A program made the position numbers and the translations under genes. Positions 1-11,809 of a stretch of 64,000 nt of DNA are shown here, in pieces. How positions within the stretch are numbered: position 1 is the stretch's first letter; each line of letters begins with the position of its first letter. Origin of the DNA: Eubacteriales bacterium (lineage in GTDB: Bacteria > Bacillota > Clostridia > Oscillospirales > CAG-272); the NCBI GenBank assembly GCA_045536865.1, contig JAZSOK010000163.1, positions 14,960 to 78,959 on the forward strand, written 5' to 3'. The notes below the pieces were generated by a model. It saw only the letters and a program-made list of their open reading frames with translations, was not told where the DNA came from and ran no database searches.

Positions 1-490
1 ATTCCGTCCTCCGATGCCTATCTTTTTTATATGGTGCGTAACTATTTCTACCCGTCACGTCGCGATCTGACTGCCACTCTGCGCCCTTTTGCTTGCGCGC
101 AGGCTTTGAAGGTACTGCATTATCCCTTGCGCTTGCCTGATTTGACGATTTTTTCGTCCCCTGCCGCCCCTTTCCTTCTTCCGTTTTTTGCAAGAAGGCG
201 TTTGTTTTCTCTCCCTTAAAGGACTGCGTTACCGATTGATTTTTCTTGGTCTGCTTTTTTGTAGGGTGGGCATCCGTCCCATTTTCATGAAACCGACCAA
301 CCTCTGCATCGGCAAACGATGCCTTCTTCGGTGCATGGGGCCTCTTATATGCGCCGTTTGAAGCGGGGGCTTTTCTTTCCTTTTTCGCTTGTGCATGACC
401 GTCGGTCATTTGTCTTTCAAAGCGCTTTTTTCCGTTGTTTGTATTGTTTCGACCGTTTTTTGTGTCGTTGTTTTCATTTCGAAAATTCAT
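1..490 (-). CDS. Partial ORF (N-terminal part; runs off the window at position 1), Asn/Lys/Arg-rich low-complexity protein of unknown function
   Basis: Hand translation of the minus strand. ATG at 488-490, in-frame TAA upstream at 527-529, GAAAGGA about 13 nt upstream. The frame is open for 163 codons to the window edge (MNFRNENNDTKNGRNNTNNGKKRFERQMTDGHAQAKKERK...). It is absent from the ORF track because no stop lies in the window. Confidence 0.3.
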   Translation of the reverse strand, partial: MNFRNENNDTKNGRNNTNNGKKRFERQMTDGHAQAKKERKAPASNGAYKRPHAPKKASFADAEVGRFHENGTDAHPTKKQTKKNQSVTQSFKGEKTNAFLQKTEEGKGRQGTKKSSNQASARDNAVPSKPARKQKGAEWQSDRDVTGRNSYAPYKKDRHRRTE

Positions 491-731
491 ACTGCCATTA
501 TTATCCTTTCTATTATTATAAAGTGCTTACCGAATGATGGCAAAAAGCCCTTTGAGGTCGGCAAGCACGCAAACTGTTCTTTACAAAAAGATGACTATTC
601 CGTTCGTATCTCTTGATAACGTTGGTTTTTGTTCTGCAAGAGTAACCGTTAAAATTAAGATGTACGTATTTTATGCTTTGTTCAGCGTTTTTGACGATAT
701 ATCTCTCGTTATATCCGCTTGTACCGTGCTA

Positions 732-1055
732 TTAAATCAAGCAAAGCGCGAGAATACCGCCTCCGCAAATAAAACCGCAGAGAAAAATGAGCGCGCCCCG
801 AAAAAGACCTCTCTTGCGCGTCGGCGCCGTTAGGTCTCTTTCTCCTCCAATGAGGCTTTCATTGACAATTCTTTCCGCGGCACGCCACAGTTCCGTCGGC
901 GAAGCCGCGTCGGAGACGCCCGCTTTCAGAAAAAAATACGCTTCCTCAAACAATTCGTCTCCTGTATTTTTGACGTATACGACCCGCTTTTCACACCCGC
1001 GCAACAACAATAAAACTCCCCCTTTGTATTCGGAAAACGTGTATTCTCGGAACAC
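732..1055 (-). CDS. Hypothetical small protein with C-terminal transmembrane anchor
   Basis: 107-aa ORF. The C-terminus LFRGALIFLCGFICGGGILALCLI is hydrophobic. No family recognised. Confidence 0.45.
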   Translation of the reverse strand: MFREYTFSEYKGGVLLLLRGCEKRVVYVKNTGDELFEEAYFFLKAGVSDAASPTELWRAAERIVNESLIGGERDLTAPTRKRGLFRGALIFLCGFICGGGILALCLI

Positions 1056-1232
1056 GTGACGCCTTCTTCAAAACAGATGAAAACGCGGGCAAAGAGAAGC
1101 GCGCCCCGTCGGGTGCCGCCAATAACGGCTACTTCTCTTCGCCACCATCGTCAGTATGTACCTATCTTGGGAGAATTATGCAACGCTTTTATCGGCAATA
1201 AGGGTGTGTTTGCCGTCGTCTTGCTTCTGCTT

Positions 1233-1760
1233 TTATTTTTTACGACCGAAAAGTCCGCGGATACCGTCGAAAAATCCTTGTTGCTTTTTCTGCTTTTGCG
1301 GTTGCGCCTTATGTACGGTAGAACGAAGGGGAGCAGGCTCGCGAACGGGCGTCGCCTTTTTCGCTTCGGTTTCTTTCTTTTCCGTTTTGGTCACGGCAGG
1401 GGGAGCAAACACTGCCGCAAGAGCCTCGTCGTCCGCTTGGCGCTCGACGCGTGCGGGTGCTTTCTTGGTTTTCTTCGGGGCGGCCGCCTTGGCTACCTTC
1501 TTTTTTGCAGGTGCCTTTTTCGCTTGCACTTGCACTGCGGGCATAGACAAATTGAAGAGCGCGTAATCGTCCTCTAACAAACTGTCAACCGTCACGTTAA
1601 AAAGTTTGGCAATCAAAATCAGTTTTTCCGCTTCCGGATAGGACTTGCCCTTTTCCCATTTGTAAACTGCTTGACGAGAAACGCCCACCGCCCGTGCGAA
1701 GTAATCTTGCGTCATAGACGCATCCTTGCGAAGCTGTACCACTTTTTCTCTAAAATACAT
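1233..1760 (-). CDS. XRE-family helix-turn-helix protein with Lys/Ala/Pro-rich tail
   Basis: N-terminus LRKDASMTQDYFARAVGVSRQAVYKWEKGKSYPEAEKLILIAKLFNVTVDSLL is a classic HTH_3/XRE motif. The C-terminal half is a basic low-complexity region ending in GFFDGIRGLFGRKK. Confidence 0.8.
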   Translation of the reverse strand: MYFREKVVQLRKDASMTQDYFARAVGVSRQAVYKWEKGKSYPEAEKLILIAKLFNVTVDSLLEDDYALFNLSMPAVQVQAKKAPAKKKVAKAAAPKKTKKAPARVERQADDEALAAVFAPPAVTKTEKKETEAKKATPVREPAPLRSTVHKAQPQKQKKQQGFFDGIRGLFGRKK

Positions 1761-1802
1761 GGCTGTTCTCCTTTTAATGTAGTTTCTTATATTCTTTTTA
1801 TT

Positions 1803-2444
1803 TTACTTAATAGGACGAAGATCCTCTTCGGGAGCATATACCAAATACGTCGGCGAATCCAGGCGCCACCCATCCACAGTCTTCAAAAGATCGACGTCGA
1901 TCGTTTCCGTTCTTGATAAGCCTTCTTCGGTCGTCACCGTTGCCTTCAACGTCACCTTCACGGTATCTCTGTATTGACTGACGAGTTTGAGGGTGGTGTA
2001 ATCGTATACCGTATCACCGTTCAAGTACGACTCTGCCGTGGTCTGTACCATAAGCAGTCCTTTGTCGGCCGTTTCGTAATAACGGGCAAGTTCTACGGCA
2101 TTGCCGACCGAAAGCGCCGAAAACGCCCTGCCAAACAACCAGTTACACATACCCGACGAAAAGACCTCTTGCGTTTTCGCGCGGATTTGGGCGATGCTTG
2201 TAAACCCCATCGCCTGCAATGATATCATATCCGCTTCACGATAAACACCGATGGCGGTCCCGTTTTCCTTTGTCGGAATGCCCTCTCCAAAGTAAATATC
2301 GTTAAGAACGCGGCTCTCTTCAATCAAGGCTTCTACTGATGAAAACAGTTCTTTTTCGTCCACTTCTTCCTTTGTGCATCCTATCATTGGAAGGCAAAGG
2401 AAAAGCAAAAGAAACAGAAGTGCTTTCCTCATTTTTTTGTCCAT
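1803..2444 (-). CDS. Putative lipoprotein, unknown function
   Basis: Signal peptide plus lipobox (LLFLCLPMIGC). Start moved to ATG 2442-2444, which is preceded by AAAGAGGAAAG. No catalytic motif recognised. Confidence 0.6.
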   Translation of the reverse strand: MDKKMRKALLFLLLFLCLPMIGCTKEEVDEKELFSSVEALIEESRVLNDIYFGEGIPTKENGTAIGVYREADMISLQAMGFTSIAQIRAKTQEVFSSGMCNWLFGRAFSALSVGNAVELARYYETADKGLLMVQTTAESYLNGDTVYDYTTLKLVSQYRDTVKVTLKATVTTEEGLSRTETIDVDLLKTVDGWRLDSPTYLVYAPEEDLRPIK

Positions 2445-2493
2445 ATGCTTTCCTCTTTGTTTATGCAGTTGTTCAAAAGAAAACAAGATTTCA

Positions 2494-2520
2494 CTGATAG
2501 CCCGTTTGCCGGGCTATCAG
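2494..2520 (-). terminator. Hairpin downstream of gyrA (ctgatagcccg-ttTGC-cgggctatcag)
   Basis: An 11-bp perfect inverted repeat about 25 nt after the gyrA TGA stop, with T/A runs on both sides. Confidence 0.6.
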
Positions 2521-2544
2521 ACCGTTTTTTCTTTTCTTCTGCCG

Positions 2545-5148
2545 TCAAGACTGCACGTTTTCCGCTTGGTCCGTGGCACTCTCTGCTTGGGTGTCGGTAT
2601 GTTCCTGCGTTTCTTCTGTCACGGCAGTGTCTGCCACGGCAGCGTCTGGCACGGCACCATCTGTTACTGCACTTTCTGCGACCTCTGCGTTTTCTTCTTC
2701 TTCGTCGTCTTCCTTATCCACGCACATAAACGCACGCACGGAATTACCTTCTGCCAGGCGCATGATGATGACACCCTTTGCCGTACGGGAGCAGGGACGA
2801 ATATCTGCCGCCGCCGTACGAATAACCGTTCCCTCGTCCGTCATCAAAATGACGTCTTCATCCTCAGATACGGCGGCGATAGACGCCAGTCCGCCCGTTT
2901 TATCCGTGGTCTGTTGACAGATAACTCCGTGACCGCCACGGTTTTTCATGGCGCGGAAATCGTCAAACTCGCTTCGTTTGCCAAAGCCTTTTTCCGTAAT
3001 TGTCAACAATTGTTTGCCTTCTTCGACCAACGTTACACCGACGACGGCATCGTTCTTTTCGACCGTGATACCGCGCACGCCGCGAGCCAAACGGCCCATG
3101 CATCTGACGTTATCCTCGGAGAAGCGCACCGCGTAACCGTTGCGCGTTGCAAGAAGCAAATCGGAATCCCCGTTTGTCAAGCGAACGAAGAGAAGTTCGT
3201 CGCCCTCATCCAAGGTCAGAGCGATTTTTCCTCCACGGCGTTGATACTCATATTCGGAGAGAAGCGTTCTCTTAATCACGCCTCGGCGGGTGACCATCGT
3301 CAAATAACGACCGTCCTCAAAGGATGTGACGGGAATGACGGCGGTGACACGCTCGTTTTCGGCAAGTTCAAGGATGTTCACGATATTCGAGCCCTTTGCC
3401 GTTCTGGATGCCTCGGGAATACGGTACGCCTTCTTTGTGTGCACCTTGCCGTGGTTGGTGAACATCATGATGAAGTCATGCGTGTTCGCCACCAATGCCG
3501 TATCGACAAAATCCTCATCCTTCGTCGTCATGCCGATAATTCCCTTACCGCCACGCCGTTGTGCGGAATAAGTAGATACCGCTTGACGCTTGATATATCC
3601 GGCATGACTCATTGTAATCATGCAAGGAACGTTTTCAATCAAATCTTCAATATCGATATCGTCGGTGGCCTCAATCAACTCTGTGCGTCTTTCATCGCCA
3701 AAGCGTTGACGGATTTCGAGCATCTCGTCACGAATGATTTCCTTGATTTTTCCTTCGTCTGCCAAAATTGCGCGCAAGGACGCCACCTGCTCCGCCAGTT
3801 TCTGTAAGCGCTCCTCAATCTTCTTTCGTTCCATGCCCGACAAACGACCTAATGTCATTTCCACAATGGCCTGTGCCTGTGCATCGGACAATTCAAAATT
3901 TTTCATGAGGTTTTCTTTCGCCTCGGGAATGGATTGACTTGCACGAATAATGGCAATGATCTCATCGATATGGTCAATGGCAATTTTATACCCCTCGTAC
4001 AGGTGCATTTCACGCATGGCTTTTTCCAAATCAAATTTCACACGGCGTGTAACCACGTTTTCCTGATGAGAAATATAAACGTCCAAAAGATCTGCCAAGG
4101 AGAGCAAGCGCGGCTCACCGTCAACCAGTGCAATGATATTGACGGCACAGGTTTCTTGGAGTTGTGTAAATTTATAAAGTTGATTTAATATGACCTCTGC
4201 ATTGGCATCGCGGCGATATTCGACAACAATACGCATGCCTGCACGGCCCGACTCATCACGAATATCCGTGATGCCGTCTATCTTCTTTTCCTTGACAAGA
4301 TCTGCCATGCTCTCAACAAGCATGCTCTTATTTACTTGATAAGGAATTTCCGTAAAGACGATACGGCGATGCTCATGCTCTATATTGGCACGCGCACGGA
4401 CGATGACGCGCCCCTTTCCCGTGGTATACGCCTCATACATACCGCGAGAACCGTAGATGATACCTGCGGTCGGGAAGTCGGGGCCCTTAATCAACTTCAT
4501 AAGGTCGGCTACGGAGCAATCGGGGTTTTCCATACGGTAGATGGTACCATCAATCACCTCAACCATGTTATGCGGCGGGATATTGGTGGCCATACCAACG
4601 GCAATACCGACGCTTCCGTTGACCAAAATGTTCGGAAAACGGGAAGGAAGCACGGACGGCTCCTTGCGACTGTTATCGAAGTTTGGAAGCATGTCAACGA
4701 CATCTTTTTCGATGTCGCTCATCATTTCCTCCGACAGACGTGCCAAACGCGCCTCGGTATAACGGTAGGCGGCCGCACCGTCACCGTCAACGTTACCGAA
4801 GTTTCCGTGACCTTCAACCAAGGGATAGCGCAGAGAAAAACTCTGTGCCATACGGACCATTGTTTGATACACTGCGGCGTCACCGTGCGGATGGTAACGA
4901 CCGAGCACGTTACCGACGGTGGTTGCAGATTTACGGAACGGCTTATCGTATGTCAAATGATCCTCGTGCATAGCATACAGAATACGCCTCTGTCCCGGCT
5001 TCATGCCGTCTCTTGCATCGGGCAACGCACGGCTGGTAATAACGCTCATGGAATATTCAATAAAAAAAATTTTGACCTCCTTTTCCATGTTGCGTCCTAC
5101 AATTTTTTGATTGGGAAATTCTATGCTTGTATTGGCATTGTGTTCCAT
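2545..5148 (-). CDS. gyrA: DNA gyrase subunit A
   Basis: 867 aa. Motifs [29 protein letters not shown] and HPHGD, followed by a beta-pinwheel C-terminal domain and an acidic tail. Sits directly downstream of gyrB. Confidence 0.97.
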   Translation of the reverse strand: MEHNANTSIEFPNQKIVGRNMEKEVKIFFIEYSMSVITSRALPDARDGMKPGQRRILYAMHEDHLTYDKPFRKSATTVGNVLGRYHPHGDAAVYQTMVRMAQSFSLRYPLVEGHGNFGNVDGDGAAAYRYTEARLARLSEEMMSDIEKDVVDMLPNFDNSRKEPSVLPSRFPNILVNGSVGIAVGMATNIPPHNMVEVIDGTIYRMENPDCSVADLMKLIKGPDFPTAGIIYGSRGMYEAYTTGKGRVIVRARANIEHEHRRIVFTEIPYQVNKSMLVESMADLVKEKKIDGITDIRDESGRAGMRIVVEYRRDANAEVILNQLYKFTQLQETCAVNIIALVDGEPRLLSLADLLDVYISHQENVVTRRVKFDLEKAMREMHLYEGYKIAIDHIDEIIAIIRASQSIPEAKENLMKNFELSDAQAQAIVEMTLGRLSGMERKKIEERLQKLAEQVASLRAILADEGKIKEIIRDEMLEIRQRFGDERRTELIEATDDIDIEDLIENVPCMITMSHAGYIKRQAVSTYSAQRRGGKGIIGMTTKDEDFVDTALVANTHDFIMMFTNHGKVHTKKAYRIPEASRTAKGSNIVNILELAENERVTAVIPVTSFEDGRYLTMVTRRGVIKRTLLSEYEYQRRGGKIALTLDEGDELLFVRLTNGDSDLLLATRNGYAVRFSEDNVRCMGRLARGVRGITVEKNDAVVGVTLVEEGKQLLTITEKGFGKRSEFDDFRAMKNRGGHGVICQQTTDKTGGLASIAAVSEDEDVILMTDEGTVIRTAAADIRPCSRTAKGVIIMRLAEGNSVRAFMCVDKEDDEEEENAEVAESAVTDGAVPDAAVADTAVTEETQEHTDTQAESATDQAENVQS

Positions 5149-5216
5149 GTCGTTTTATCGACCGTTAATATAACGATCTCTTCTCCTTATCTTTGCCTTA
5201 CCTTTTGTCAAGAAAT

Positions 5217-7163
<1,947 letters not shown>

Positions 7164-7229
7164 TTATTTGACAGTCAAACCCTTCAAGGACCTTTTCCTT
7201 TTTCTTTATATCGCAAATACAAATGTATG

Positions 7230-7538
7230 TTATTTATCTAAAAGCCCTTCATCGGTCGCAAAAAATACAGATTCGCTCCGTATTTCAAGCGTTTTAACGG
7301 AAATGCGCGAAAGATAAACCCTCTGTTTTTTATCACGTTTTTGTTTTACCAATTCTTTTTTTTCACAAACGATAAAACTTTTCGGCAAATCAAAGCCCGT
7401 ATAGGTCACGTCACCTTTTTTTTCGGCGGATGACAAAAACTTTTTCGTTTCAGAAGAGATAGTGGCAGTATCCATATCGAATATACCGATGATATCTTTT
7501 TTATCAACGACATCACCGCCCCCGATGTGCAGGTACAT
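7230..7538 (-). CDS. remB: DUF370 / RemB(YaaB)-like small protein
   Basis: MYLHIGGGDVVDKKDIIGIFDMD... matches the DUF370 N-terminus. The position between recF and gyrB is conserved in Firmicutes. Start at ATG 7536-7538 after AAGGAGGG; overlaps the recF 3' end. Confidence 0.75.
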   Translation of the reverse strand: MYLHIGGGDVVDKKDIIGIFDMDTATISSETKKFLSSAEKKGDVTYTGFDLPKSFIVCEKKELVKQKRDKKQRVYLSRISVKTLEIRSESVFFATDEGLLDK

Positions 7539-8628
7539 AATGCCCTCCTTTAACTTCAATCATCAATGCATCCGTCAATGAAAAAAGAGATTTTTCACAA
7601 CCCGTCATGATCATTTGCCTATCTTTCATGCCGTTTAAGACATACCGTCTGCGGCCTTCATCCAATTCACTCAATACGTCATCAAATAAGTAAACGGGAT
7701 AATCGCCGTTCAGTTTTCTTGCGGCCTCACCCTCGGCAAGTTTTAAGCAAAGAACTATTGATCTTTGCTGTCCTTGGGAGGCAAAGAGCCGCGCTTCTTT
7801 TTCATTGATGAAAAGAAGGACATCATCACGGTGAACACCGTATAAAGTATAGCCCAAGAGTATCTCTTTTTGCCAGTTTTCGGTTAAACACGTAAGATAC
7901 GCTTGATATAACTCTTGCTCGTTTTCGTCTTTTCCTACGTGTGCGGAACTTTCATAACGGATGGAAAGTTTTTCCCGTGTAAGAGAAAGTTTCCCCATTA
8001 AATCACATGCGAAAGGAGAAAGAACCTCTAAATAATCACATCTTGCACGGTGGATGCGTGCGGCGCTTTTGGCAAGTGACTCGCTCCACGTATACAGTTG
8101 CTCTTGATCGCAAAATCCTGTTTTTTGGGCCGTCTTTAAGAGCGCGTTTCTCTGATCTAATATTTTCTTATAAAGTGCATATTCCGAAAAATAGGAGGGT
8201 ATACTCTGTGAGACCGCAACATTGAGAAAGGCACGCCTCTCTTCCGGTCCTCCCTTGACCATTTGCAAATTTTCGGGAAAGAAAAGAACGCTTCTGAAAT
8301 GCCCGAGCATCTCAATAGGCTTCGTCACAGTCATACCGTTTCTTTTTCTTATGCGTTCATTGCCAAAGACACGGTAGGAAAGTTCCTGTTGCCTTTGACT
8401 GTCACGAAAAAGAAGTTTCGTTTCATAAAAACTCTTTCCAAATCCTATTTGCTCTTTATCCGTTGCACAACGAAAACTTTTGCCGCGAGCAAAGAAATAG
8501 AGAGCCTCTAAAATATTGGTTTTTCCCTGTGCGTTATCTCCAAACAGAAAATTGACACCGGGTGAAAAGAAAACAGTTTCCTTCTCTATGTTTCTGTAAT
8601 TTTCAAGATAAATTGATTCGGCATACAT
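7513..8628 (-). CDS. recF: DNA replication and repair protein RecF
   Basis: 371 aa. N-terminal Walker A FGDNAQGKTNILEAL, ABC/SMC-like signature, Walker B LFDDVLSELD. dnaN-recF synteny. Confidence 0.95.
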   Translation of the reverse strand: MYAESIYLENYRNIEKETVFFSPGVNFLFGDNAQGKTNILEALYFFARGKSFRCATDKEQIGFGKSFYETKLLFRDSQRQQELSYRVFGNERIRKRNGMTVTKPIEMLGHFRSVLFFPENLQMVKGGPEERRAFLNVAVSQSIPSYFSEYALYKKILDQRNALLKTAQKTGFCDQEQLYTWSESLAKSAARIHRARCDYLEVLSPFACDLMGKLSLTREKLSIRYESSAHVGKDENEQELYQAYLTCLTENWQKEILLGYTLYGVHRDDVLLFINEKEARLFASQGQQRSIVLCLKLAEGEAARKLNGDYPVYLFDDVLSELDEGRRRYVLNGMKDRQMIMTGCEKSLFSLTDALMIEVKGGHYVPAHRGR

Positions 8629-8634
8629 AGAAGA

Positions 8635-9783
8635 TCAATTCATACGCAAGGGGAGAACCATATAGAATAATTCTTCGCCTTCTTTATTTTCTTTCGGCTC
8701 TATGGTAATGCTCTGCGTGGCGCTCTTCATGGTAATAAATACCTCTTCGCTTTCAAGAACGCGAATACAGTTGACAAGAAATCTGCCGTTAAAGCCAATT
8801 TGTAAATCATCGCCCGTATGTTGACAAGCAATTTCATCAAACGCGTTGCCCGTTGCGGAAACCGCCGACATTTGGAAAAGAGAATCCTGCACGTTGATTT
8901 TCACGTAACTGCGAATATTTCCCTGCGCCTTTTCTTCTGCAATGATATTGACACGTTCAAGACCTTCAAGTAAAAGATCTCTGTTGATAGTCAAGTTGAT
9001 GGGATAGCCTGTGGGAATAATACGACGGTAATCCATATAGTTTTCTTCAATCAATCTGGTGAAGAAATCAATTTTCTCCATTCTGAATACCGCGTGCTTG
9101 CCCGTCAGTTCAACGGTAACGACTTCATCGGCATCGGGGAGAAGTTTGATTAGTTCCTGCAAAGCATGCCCGGGAACGATAAAGGAAATCTTTTGCTCGC
9201 CACCCTCGCTTGCAAGTTGATTGACCTCGCATTTTACACGACATCTTGAAAGCATGAAGTTGTTGCAAGAAACAACCTCCATACCGTCTTTTTCAATGAC
9301 GAAGAAAGCACCGCAAAGCATTGCTTTTATATCGTTTTCCGCAATAGAATGCAAGACCTTTCCAATGGCCTTTTTAAGAACGGATGCTTTGATGCCAAAC
9401 GTTCTTTCTTTTTTCATTTCGGGTAAAGAGGGGAAATCCTCTCCCTTTTGTGCCTTTAATGAGAAATGTCCCGAAAAAGAAGAAATTGTTGCCGTTTCAT
9501 TTTCACTGACGTCGATGGTGATAGGTCCTTCGGGCATAAGGCGAACAATTTGCATCAGTCTTTGTGCGGGAATAATATGACTGCCGCTTTTTTCTACTTG
9601 TTCTGCTTCTGCTTTTGACACAACGCCTTTTTTCATGTCATAAGAAGAAATGGTCATTTGAAGATCGTTATGACATTCTATTAAGACACCTTCTAATGCA
9701 GAAATGGTGTTCTTGTTTGAAACGGTGGTCATAGCAGGTGTCAATGCGTCTAAAAGCGAATCCTTGTTAAGCGTAAATTTCAT
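8635..9783 (-). CDS. dnaN: DNA polymerase III beta sliding clamp
   Basis: 382 aa. MKFTLNKDSLLDAL... is typical of DnaN. Located immediately after dnaA. Confidence 0.95.
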   Translation of the reverse strand: MKFTLNKDSLLDALTPAMTTVSNKNTISALEGVLIECHNDLQMTISSYDMKKGVVSKAEAEQVEKSGSHIIPAQRLMQIVRLMPEGPITIDVSENETATISSFSGHFSLKAQKGEDFPSLPEMKKERTFGIKASVLKKAIGKVLHSIAENDIKAMLCGAFFVIEKDGMEVVSCNNFMLSRCRVKCEVNQLASEGGEQKISFIVPGHALQELIKLLPDADEVVTVELTGKHAVFRMEKIDFFTRLIEENYMDYRRIIPTGYPINLTINRDLLLEGLERVNIIAEEKAQGNIRSYVKINVQDSLFQMSAVSATGNAFDEIACQHTGDDLQIGFNGRFLVNCIRVLESEEVFITMKSATQSITIEPKENKEGEELFYMVLPLRMN

Positions 9784-9950
9784 CTGTTTTTCTCCTTATG
9801 TGAAAAATGATGCCAACGGCATTTTTTGTTTTTTTAATATAAATAGAAGAAGCGGTAATAGGGCCTGTTAAAAAAGTGAAATGGGTAAAAACATCATATA
9901 CGGTCTTGTTTTTTTATGTTTATAAAATTGAGGGAAACAGGTTTAGCGAA

Positions 9951-9959
9951 TGTGGATAA
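9951..9959. promoter_or_regulatory. DnaA box TGTGGATAA (perfect complement of TTATCCACA)
   Basis: Exact 9-mer read in the sequence. Confidence 0.7.
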
Positions 9960-10018
9960 AAAACGTCGAAAAAACAGGAAAATTTGAGAAAACTGTTAAA
10001 ATATTTTTTCTAAACGCG

Positions 10019-10027
10019 TTATACACA
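10019..10027. promoter_or_regulatory. DnaA-box-like TTATACACA (1 mismatch)
   Basis: 9-mer read in the sequence. Confidence 0.4.
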
Positions 10028-10109
10028 AATCTTGTACGGAAAAAGGAATACAGTCAATCAGAAGATTGAGTTTTTAACAAATTCCACATCAAAAATTATG
10101 TTAAAATAT

Positions 10110-11492
10110 TCATTGCATACCGATTTCTTTGGCAAGTTCTTCAATTTCCATGCGTTTTTCTTCCGACGTATCCATTTCATTGGCAATGAGTTTTATGGAA
10201 TGGATGACTGTTGCATGATCCCTTGAAACGTGTGCGGCAATTTGCTTCAACGTTAATTCGTTCATTTGGCGAATGAGATAAATACAGACGTGGCGCGCAT
10301 AGGAAATTTGAGCATCTCTTTTCGTGCTTTTAATATCATCGACGGAAACGTGATAATGGGATGCAACGACAGAAAAAATTCTTTCTATCATATCTGCGGC
10401 AGAAACGGAGTCGGCAATCAAATCCGCAATAGCGCGGCGGCAGAGGGGCAACGTAATGGGAGAGTCTGTCATGCGGCTAATAGCGGCGATTTTTTTAATG
10501 GCCCCTTCAATTTGACGCACGTTGCTATGAATGCTTGCGGCAAGAAAGTCGACCACGTCTTTTGGCATATCTATACCGAGGTATGCGATTTTATTTTGTA
10601 TGATAGCGGTACGAAGTTCGATATTAGGCTTTTGAATATCGGCAATCAAGCCCCATTCAAAACGGTTGCGTAAGCGCTCCTCCAAGCGTTGAATATCGCG
10701 CGGGGGGCGGTCGCTTGTCAAAATGATTTGCTTTTTATGCTCGTAAAGTTCGTTAAACGTGTGGAAAAATTCTTCTTGCGTGGATTCTTTACCTGCCAAA
10801 AATTGAACGTCGTCAATTAAAAGAACGTCTGTGGAACGGTAGGTTTCTCTAAAAGCCGCCGTCTTACCTGCGCGGATACTCTCAATCAGTTGATTTGTAA
10901 AATCCTCGCATTTTTTTAAGGTAATATGTACGTTCGGTTTATTCTTTTTGATTTCATTTGTGATAGCGTAAAGTAAATGCGTTTTTCCAAGTCCGCTTGG
11001 TCCGCAAATGAAAAGAGGATTGTAAACGTCAAACGGATTTGTGGCAACGGCCATCGATGCCGCATGTGCAAATTTATTGGAGTCGCCTACAATAAAGTTA
11101 TCAAAGGTATATTCTTTTACGATATCCGTGCTTTCAATAAATTTGGGTGTAAGAGGGGGAAGATCCTTTTCGTGAAAAAGGGATGGCTCCTTAACCTCCT
11201 GTTTTTCGGGGAATGATGGAATTGAAAAACTATCGGATTCCGATTTTGCCAATTCCAAACGCACTTTTACGGGAAACCCAAGGGTTTTTGAAATGATATC
11301 CGTCAACGTACCCATGTACTTTTTTTCGACGATATCGCGCTTGAAGGCGTTATCTATGGTCAATATAGCCTCATCGCCCGTCAAGTCATAAAGCTGTAAG
11401 GACTGAAACCATAGAACGAATACATTTGAAGAATTGCTCTCTTTTAATTCTTTCAGTAAAATGTCGTTGATATTTTTAAGTTCTTCTCTCAT
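10110..11492 (-). CDS. dnaA: Chromosomal replication initiator DnaA
   Basis: 460 aa. AAA+ Walker A GPSGLGKTHLL, Walker B LLIDDVQF, and the C-terminal DNA-binding domain (RDAQISYARHVCIYLIRQMNELTLKQIA). Confidence 0.97.
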   Translation of the reverse strand: MREELKNINDILLKELKESNSSNVFVLWFQSLQLYDLTGDEAILTIDNAFKRDIVEKKYMGTLTDIISKTLGFPVKVRLELAKSESDSFSIPSFPEKQEVKEPSLFHEKDLPPLTPKFIESTDIVKEYTFDNFIVGDSNKFAHAASMAVATNPFDVYNPLFICGPSGLGKTHLLYAITNEIKKNKPNVHITLKKCEDFTNQLIESIRAGKTAAFRETYRSTDVLLIDDVQFLAGKESTQEEFFHTFNELYEHKKQIILTSDRPPRDIQRLEERLRNRFEWGLIADIQKPNIELRTAIIQNKIAYLGIDMPKDVVDFLAASIHSNVRQIEGAIKKIAAISRMTDSPITLPLCRRAIADLIADSVSAADMIERIFSVVASHYHVSVDDIKSTKRDAQISYARHVCIYLIRQMNELTLKQIAAHVSRDHATVIHSIKLIANEMDTSEEKRMEIEELAKEIGMQ

Positions 11493-11637
11493 AAAATCCT
11501 CATTCTGTCACCGAAAAGGCGACGGTATATGAAATGTCCATATGAAACGTGTGGGTAATGATCTTTGCGCGACAGTCTTTTTTATTAATCGGTGGCGAAA
11601 AAATACGCAGAAAACCGAAAAAGACAAAAATTCACTA

Positions 11638-11655
11638 ATATATATATATATATAT
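11638..11655. repeat. (AT)9 dinucleotide tract
   Basis: Read directly: atatatatatatatatat. Confidence 0.9.
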
Positions 11656-11715
11656 TATAATAACATATTTAGAATTGAAAATCAAGCGAAAAATAAAAAA
11701 TGATTTAAAAAAATG

Positions 11716-11744
11716 TTTACTTTTATATATTTTTTTGCTATAAT
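11716..11744 (+). promoter_or_regulatory. Sigma-A-type promoter for the GT2 gene (TTTACT-17-TGcTATAAT)
   Basis: Extended -10 TGCTATAAT at 11736-11744 with a weak -35. Confidence 0.45.
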
Positions 11745-11809
11745 GGTGTCGATAATGGAAAAGTAAAAGAAATATCACAAAAATCTTCTTTTGTCGTAGG
11801 TGTTTTATA

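Larger units (their letters stand above)
9784..10109. other. Candidate oriC part II (dnaA-dnaN spacer)
   Basis: A 326-bp AT-rich spacer containing a perfect DnaA box and a one-mismatch DnaA box. Confidence 0.55.
11493..11809. other. Candidate oriC part I / dnaA promoter region, very AT-rich
   Basis: Contains TGTGGGTAA (11550-11558, 1 mismatch to a DnaA box), an (AT)9 tract and long A/T runs. Lies divergent between dnaA and a GT2 gene. Confidence 0.5.
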
